Shown in pieces: positions 55,658-64,000 of a stretch of 64,000 nucleotides of DNA; positions within the stretch are counted from its first letter, which is position 1, and every line of letters begins with the position of its first letter. The notes under the pieces were generated by a model. The model had not been told where the DNA came from and made no database searches. It worked only from the letters and a program-made list of their open reading frames with translations. A program made the position numbers and the translations under genes. This DNA is from Octopus vulgaris (taxonomy: Eukaryota), in contig OX597827.1 in the NCBI GenBank assembly GCA_951406725.2, positions 7,812,001 to 7,876,000 on the forward strand. Reading direction: 5' to 3'.

Positions 55658-57848
55658 TTTATCATTATTAGCGTTATTCTGGTAGTGAAGCTGATAACAG
55701 ATAACAAAAACAGCACACATCAAAACAACAACAACAATAATAATAACAATAAAGGCAAGAGAGTGTCTAGTCAAAGTATTCGCTTGTTTTTGTTAACTGA
55801 CATTTATGTTACAGAATCTACTTATTTAAGAACTTTCTCTTCATTATTATGTTCTCAAATCTGAGTGTAATATGAATAAATCAGGTTAATCATTGCATTT
55901 CAGTGAAGAATTGCTTGTAAAATAACAGAATCACATTTCTCTTTCAGTGATCAATACAACTAGAATCATTTATTGATTTCACTCTTAGTATTGTAGAAGA
56001 CTTTTGTTTCATTTTTTTTCAGTAGTCCATTATGTTTTTTTTTTTGTGAGTGTTGTATTGTTTTGTTTAATATTTTAAAAACTCCTTATGGTTCCTTGGA
56101 TTACCTTATCACTTGACAGCTTTCTACTTTTCTTTTTCTTTTCTTTTCTTTTATTTTTTTTGACTTACTATTAGTTGTACATCACATTAATTGTGGAGCT
56201 TGTAAAACAACAGTTGCGATATTTAATCTTGTATCTCTATTTTAAAGAAAAAAATAATAATGTTATATTTAACAAATTTAAAAGAGGATAAATTGACTAC
56301 ACATATACAATAACTGTCAGGGTCCCCTGGTACACATACGCTCACACGTATACATTTATGCAAGCATCCATAATAAATATCTATTCTTTTATTTCTTTTG
56401 CTAACTTCAATCATTGGTGACTGAAATAATGCTTTGGGGTACGGCTTTTAAGGGTATACTCAATTACACCAACCCAAGAACTTATTCTGTTGACCCTGGT
56501 GGGATGAATGTGGAATTTTGAGTGATTAAATTTTGGATGTAACTAAACACCAAAAAGTCTTTTGCCTTGGGGTCTCTATTCTGTTATCCATATGTTTATG
56601 TGTGTATACAGATATATACATGCATACATGCACACACACAAACATACACGTGCACATATACAAACACACAATTTTCTTACATATAAAGTTTAGAAACATA
56701 TGTAAGAAAACATGTTAGATACCAAGTTTTTACTTATATTTTATGACTTGTTCTCTAATAATTTTGCTGTTAAAAAACATATGTAAAAATTCTATGTATA
56801 AATATATACATATTCAAATATGTACATATTTTGTCATAATAATAGGAATGAGATGGGTAGTTTAGCCTTTCAAGGTACTGCAGATAAAAAAAAATAGCTT
56901 TGAGGGTGCTAACCATGAAGCTTATCTATGATGCTGTTACAATGTCAGTGCTCACTCAAAGAAGGAACCTTAAGAACCGCATAATTTGTTTTATTATAAC
57001 TTACTGAGTTTGAAATACATATAAGCCTGGAGAAAGCTATCGATGACAGTACAAGATAAGACCTGTATACCATGAACAGCTTTATGTTACATAGAAACGC
57101 CATCATCAGGTCAAGAATTCTGAATAATGAGATAGTTACATGTATATGAAAGACAGAGGCATGTATTACCTTTTTGAAAGTTATGTAGTCATGTATGAGA
57201 CAATTAAAATCTTTCTATTAATGTCAAATTCAAGTTTCAAGTGGCCTAACTTCTTACCATATAGCAAAGGCTTTAGATTACAAACTGCAGTGAGAGGTAT
57301 TGGCTTAATACATTTCCACTTCAGCTGTCATTGAGAAATCTTTAATCTTATTCAGAAGCACTATGTATCAAGCGTGCAAATATTCAAGATCATGAGCACT
57401 TCAGATAACTGTAACTGTTATATCTCTCTTGACTGTATTAAATATAAGATGAACATTTGCCAATGGCCATAGTTTGTATCGGTAGTTCTCAACTGCTTGG
57501 TTTGCTTTACACTTTATGGTTACAGTGAGCGCCACCACAGCATCAACTCAGTTTGCAGAAAAAATGTTATTTCAGTTACAGATTTGAAAATTAGAGCTAT
57601 ATTGTACAGCTCACTAATATTTGCAATATACAAACATTGGGACTCAAATCAGCTGAAAAAAAAAAATGATCGAGCAAGATTTCGATTATTTTGGCATTAA
57701 TCATTGTAAAGGTGAAGCTACAGTTGTGGAGAGGCAAGCTGACATAAAGAAAATTATACAATGAATGTGATAAGTGCATTGAAGCTACACAACAGTTTCA
57801 ATTTCAGACATGACAGGACAAACAACAATAATAATAATTTATGTAATG

Positions 57849-57879
<31 letters not shown>

Positions 57880-59659
57880 GCATAATGTTTGTGTATATAT
57901 ATTTATGTGTTTTATACATATTCACAAACGTAATAATATAAAGCTTTTTTTTTTAAATATACGTCAAAGTATTTCTATAAGTTATAAATTAATTGAAACA
58001 TTTTGAAAAGAAAAATTGCTGCCACACTGTTTCATTTACTTAACGAACTATTTATTAATTACCAGTTTGTTTGTGAGAAAAACATTGCTGTTTTTGAAAA
58101 CACTAAGTGACGAGTTCCGTTACTTGCATCGAGTTGAAAACAAAAACTTTAAAAAGTCCAAGCATTGATATCAGATGGAACCTGTCTAACTGTTTCATTT
58201 CATGTCAGGCTAATATCTACATCTGAAATTAAACTTTTAAACATATACCATCATTGTAAGTTATAACATGATATGGCTGTTTACAGTATTAGCTGTGACG
58301 TTACTTCAAGACAAAGATTACCTTAGACAAAAACCTCTTCTATTGAATCAATTAAAATAACTGTTAAGTGATATGACAACAGACAAGAGCATGTAGCAAC
58401 AATTAGGAGTTTTCTTACTCTGGATGTAACAAATAGTGTCTTCTTATTCTTCCATTTCCAAAATAAAAAACAAAAACACAATGTAAGAGATGTAGTGTGC
58501 TGAACACCAGCCAATCTGCTTTTGCCATTGGTCCTTATCAATAACAAGGTTATTGCATCTATCTCAGAATTAAATTGTCAAATTTGTCTTCTGTGTCCTC
58601 CAACACAGTAAGATTCTGTAGGTTGGTTTTCGTGATTCAAAAAGGATGGCCAGCAGAATAGCTGACCTTCTCAATGCACGTCCAATCAAAATTACTCTAT
58701 AGACTTACATATGAAGTAACACAATAAAATAACAAACTAATATGATAGAAAATCTATCTCAAATACAAAGTATCAAGGAAAGTTGTTCATTCAAAGATAA
58801 CCAACAAGTTCAAGAACAGATTTGATAAATATTGAAACGACATTAAATTTGAAATGAAAAACAAGAACATTTGCAGTAAATCAGCATTTATAGGCATTCT
58901 CTATTAGACATGATACAGATGTATATCAAACTAAGAGTATATAAGCTGATTTTGATTAAAGCCTGAAATCAATTAACTTTAATTTATATTAGTCTTATCA
59001 ACACTTGTAAAAAAACAAATGAACGTCACAAATTCCTGTAATTTCCAGCCCAATAAATTTGTGTTTGAGATTAATTAACACAAAGAACAATCAATTATGG
59101 TTTTTTATAAAATTTAAAGAAAGTGTGGAGCATGATATTTTTCTAAATTATATATGTATGTACATACATACATACATACATACATACATTTATATATATA
59201 TATACATATATATACTTGAAATTACTGTCATGTTTTATACATTGAATTGTATATTATATAACATGTGTATATATATGTTTGTATATGCATACAATGTGAA
59301 ACAAAAGAACCTGTATATCCCTGGCAGCATGAATATTGCTCTATATTATTGAAGAACGCAATATTGTTGAAATGTGTCTAAATCATTATGATCTCCTGTC
59401 CCTGGCTAATGGCAGGAATGCACTTTAGTGCAAGCTCTATGTAAAAATATATCTGATTATAGATACATACATGCACAGACACTATCACATAGCCACACAC
59501 AGGCTAAAACGTACATGTATTGTTGCATACACAGATACATATATTCTTCTTTCCAGGTAGTGATTGGCACCCCTTCCCACTACATACATAAGTCTGTTAT
59601 CTCAGCTCTCTGCTAATACATCTTTCTCGTCTACCCTGTATTTCAGCTGCTGCTGTCCT

Positions 59660-60175
59660 AAGTGCTATGTCTGCTCTTAAGAAGGATCCAGTCTCTCCAT
59701 TGCTCACGTCTCTCTTGCATGGATATCAATGATAAAGACTTCCAGTTGCTCAGAAGTCTCTCTCTACTCAAGACTTCTAAGTGTATTTATAGTCAATACC
59801 GCTCTCCAATCTTTCACAGCCAATAGCAGTTATTTGACCAACCTGCATCGAAAATACCAGTCTGCACACAATTCTGCCTGAAGTCATCCTTGTTAGTGAT
59901 TTAAATGCACACAACTTCTTTTCTTCTCCAATTCTCTCCACTCTTGCCACACCATCAATACTGGTGTGGAAGACAAATCATTTTCCACCTTTAACTGAAC
60001 TGTCTGTACAACTTAGTCTCCTCATGTACCCGTAATTGAGGCCAAACCACCAACTCGTCATATACATTAACTCTTTTCTCACCTCTAAACCCAAACCTTT
60101 TTTTTTTTACCCTGCCAACACAGACTCTTCTGTCATTAAGAAGATCATCTGATCACTGCCTAATCAAGGCAATCC
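59660..60175 (+). mobile_element. APE-endonuclease remnant of an old LINE
   Basis: IYSQYRSP, VILVSDLNAH and SSDHCLI motifs in the expected order. Confidence 0.6.
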
Positions 60176-61351
60176 CTTTCACACTATCTTATCACACATC
60201 AGCCCTGCCTCCAGTACATTTTGTCAACTAACAATCTTGTTGTAGACCTAGCAGTGTCACACTGACTTCTCTTGGCAGTAAATATGTGCTTCCCTTTGAT
60301 GCAGTCAAGACAACAGAGAGAGAGAGAGAGCAAGAGAGAGAGAAACAGCCAGCCAGATAGACAGAGAGACTAACGTAAACCTTCTCCTAGTTATAATCTC
60401 TAAGATCCTTCATACAGCCAAAGCTCACAACTTCCTACAAGAGTAGTTCAAATGCAGAATCAATGCAGCTGCACCAACAACGAACTCTGCTGACAGCATC
60501 TGAAGAAATTCAACAATAATCACTTACTAGGGTGTCACCCACATCGAAAAACAGATATGACAACCAACGTTCCACCTAGGCTTTAGTTGTGAGAATGTGT
60601 AGAAATTTGCTTGGGGTGCAAATTTTGTCATTTTTTTTTGTATAGCATATGCTTATCCATGTGAGTAGCCATTGCTTAAATACTGTATTGACTGTTTAAG
60701 CAAATACAAACCATATTTTAAGTGTTTTACTGAAGATTTTACTATTAACTTATATGATTAATTTCTTAAAAGTATTCAATTTCACCTTCAAGTACTTGGA
60801 ATACAAGCAACATTGACAATGGCTATTTTTACCAAATTCTTCATACTTTTTCTCACTTTACAGCTATTTACCCCAAATTTATGGAAATATGACAATATGA
60901 CTACTTATAAGGACAACCAACTTCTCTGATTTTGACAACTACTCATATATCATACTATTTTCTATCATACCAAAAGCTGGATGGAAACAGTTGCCAACAA
61001 ACTTCGTTATCACTTTGAATGCTTTTTTTCTCTCTCTCACTAACCACCAAAACGGTTCTTCCCAGAGCTACAGCCTTCCAGGAATCCCCTCCCTGCCTAC
61101 AAGTATCGACTGCAGAAGTTCGTGGTGAATATCAGTCACATTAATGCATTCACCTCACCAATCTAAGTAAGTCTACAATGATTCCACCGTTTATTTATGG
61201 ACAACATAAATAAATAAAAATGAAAACAAAAATATATACACATTCACATACAAATATAAACATCATATATACATGCATTCATTTATGAATAGGCACATAC
61301 ATAATCAAGTGTGTGTGTGTGCACATGTGCATCTGCATATATCCACATATA

Positions 61352-61544
61352 TAGAAGGTTCTTTGTTATGGCTGGTCAGAGAGTGACCACTGATTTTGTA
61401 CCTATAAGGCACTTAGTTGTATAGGTGACACATCAGACTCAGATGGCTGGAGGCACATGACAAGTTACCCATACAGCTAAGTACCTTACATCTACAAAAT
61501 CAATGGTCACTTTCTGGCCAGCCATCAGAAACAACAACCTTCTA
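61352..61544. repeat. Imperfect ~80-bp inverted repeat (MITE or fold-back relic)
   Basis: 61352-61429 pairs with 61464-61544. Confidence 0.8.
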
Positions 61545-61830
61545 AATATACTATCCCTCTAATGCTTTAGAGTGTCCTTCTTGTTTGGATATATGAACTA
61601 CTGAGTATATATATATATATATATATATATAACAAATATGTGTGTGTGTATGTGTGTGTGTGTGTGTGTGTATGAAGTCTTAAGAAGCATTGAATAAAAT
61701 ATATTTGTGCAAAGTGATATTTTACATGTTCAAGCACATTTGAATATGGAAAGACCTTCCATTGTGGAAGTAGTCCCAGAAGTGTCTCCATTTTCTCATG
61801 TCCTAATGTACTTGAGCCTGTTATGTATGG

Positions 61831-61880
<50 letters not shown>

Positions 61881-62989
61881 GTATATATATACATATATAT
61901 ATATATTACTTTAGTACTTCTATGATTCCATCAATCTTCAGGTGATCGTCATAGTTCTTTTGTTATAACAGTTATCTGAAGAGGCGTGAATTTATTGCAG
62001 AAGCTCAAGAGTAAAGGTTATGACTCATATTAACTACAATCCATAACTAGCACTGAGTATTTTTTCTCCTGTTTACTGTCATAATTGTGCGTGTGTGTGT
62101 GTGTGTATGTGTATGTGTCTATGTTTGTGTACATTATGTATGTGTGTGTATATGTTTCTGTGTGTGTGTGTAGGTATAGTATATCACATAGACGAACAGT
62201 AGAAGCACTCAGCAGATGAGCTGCAGATACTTTAGTAGCAATAAACAATAGAAATGTTTAGTAGCTTATTAGTATTTAAGGTTTTGGTAACTTGTTAATA
62301 ATGAATTCTTACCACTTGCAATCTGGTTTTATACTATATATATATATTATCTTAGTCCCTCTCTCTTTCTCCCTCTCACTGAATCTGTCATTCTCTTGTT
62401 TAGAATGTATGTATATATGTATGTATTTAGATAAGTGTACATACACACATGCATACAAGTGCTTCTCAGAAAATTAGAATATGAAAGTATATTAAGGGGA
62501 AATATTGTCAAAAGCTCCATACTTATACTTAAGAGATGCCTTGTCTCAGTCTGTGAACAATCTCAATAATTTTTACAATGATTTCAGATGTCAAGAATGC
62601 AAATATTGACCTTTTAGCCATTTGCTGATTAAAAAAAGTCCTATTATATTTTTATAATTAAATATTATTAGGAACCGTATAAAAAGCTATTGGAATATTT
62701 TGTGTGTTGTAGAAATATATCCAATTTATTGTACATAAATTTTAACAGCAAAATCTTCTGTAGACCTCCAGGGACCATGTGGACCCTAGCTGAGAACCAC
62801 TGCTTTATATAGTTGTGTTTCTTTTTTTATTATATATATATATAATCATTTTATAAAAACTGTTGGTATTGCAGTCATGGACAAGGCTTCTGATGACACA
62901 GTTGTCCAAAAGTCTATCATTCACATTCTTTACAAAGAACGGAAGACAGAAAACTATTTGTTGAAAGCATCTCTTTAAAGCTTCATCTG

Positions 62990-63330
62990 GATAAACAGTG
63001 TGTGGAAGAAAGAAGTGTACCAATGAAGGAGACATGAAGAAAGCTGGTTTGACAATGTGAAAGAGAACCATGAAAAATTGACAAAGACAAGAGTTAGTGC
63101 ATCAAAGGCCACCACACAGATGGATTTTAAAAAAACCCAGAGGTACAGCAGTTGAGGCCTCTTCTTATCAATGGCCAGAGTCACAAGTAGTCGATATGGA
63201 CCAAGGAGAATTAGAAGCTGAATGTTGAGCAATTGTCTAAAGTGTTGTTTTCTGATGAGAGCAAAATTTGAATCTCCTTTGGAAAGCAAAGTGGTGGAGT
63301 TTAGAGAAGAATTAGAGATGCACAAATCCC
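62990..63330 (+). mobile_element. Tc1-like transposase fragment
   Basis: SKVLFSDESK followed by ISFG.Q near 63237-63290. Confidence 0.65.
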
Positions 63331-64000
63331 AGCTCTCTGAAATTTCCTTAATTATTCCATTCATAATAGATTGTGAACATTTTAAACTATTATATAACAC
63401 ATTTTAAACTGTTACATAACTTAACCATCAATTTGGGGAGGAAAAGCTATAAACAAAAACTAATTTTTGTTTAGATTTACGATTCAGCCTGTATTAATGA
63501 ACACCTATCCAAACAAAATTGCAAACATGCATAACACAAATACATATACACAAATATGCATACACACACACACACACACACATATATCCATATCTATATC
63601 CTTATACAATTCAGTTATACTTCAACTCATTTTAAATATATAAAAATAAATCATTTTTTCAGCCTTTGGTTTAACTAGTTAATTTAAGTAGATTTGATAC
63701 CTTTTTTTGTTGAGTTCGTGCTGTGCTTGAAAGTAATGTTTTAGAGGACCTTAGCTATGAAAAAAATCAGAACCATAAAATATTAATCCTATATGTAAAT
63801 ATGGAGATAGAGAGAAAGAGAGAGAGGGAGAGAGACAGGTGCATGTTTGTGTGCATGTGTATTTAAGGTGTTCCTATGTGAGTGTCATATCACATCCCAT
63901 ATTCTATTTAGTTAATTAGGATATCATCAAAGATGCAGTTAAGGATTGCTCATCCATACATTGTATTTGGATAGTAACTAAGAGCATTGAATCATGTAAC

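Noticed and set aside
57085-57115. Minus-strand CTGATGATGGCG
   Set aside because: No matching stem II partner or GAAAC was found.

Overview
AT-rich, microsatellite-saturated eukaryotic DNA. The repeat content and the protocadherin suggest an octopus (coleoid cephalopod) genome, which is an inference. One host gene is supported: a minus-strand protocadherin. The ORF track shows only its ectodomain exon, but splice signals and frame continuity give a 3-exon, 941-aa model (51883-49478, 36533-36380, 25805-25540). The rest is transposon-derived: two tRNA-type SINE families, RTE-like and other LINE remnants, two mariners, a DD37D maT, a Tigger/pogo, a Tc1 remnant, a non-autonomous Helitron, an internally deleted Gypsy with both LTRs and a TSD, and a solo LTR holding a 41-bp array. 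The most striking unannotated signal is a set of small Penelope-like elements, many in (TA)n arrays, that carry type I hammerhead ribozyme motifs. Two have complete cores (3416-3480, 35061-35124) and several are variant or partial. Most form long fold-back inverted repeats, and in four of five the inversion breakpoint lies inside the ribozyme. All calls were made by eye; no folding or database search was run.
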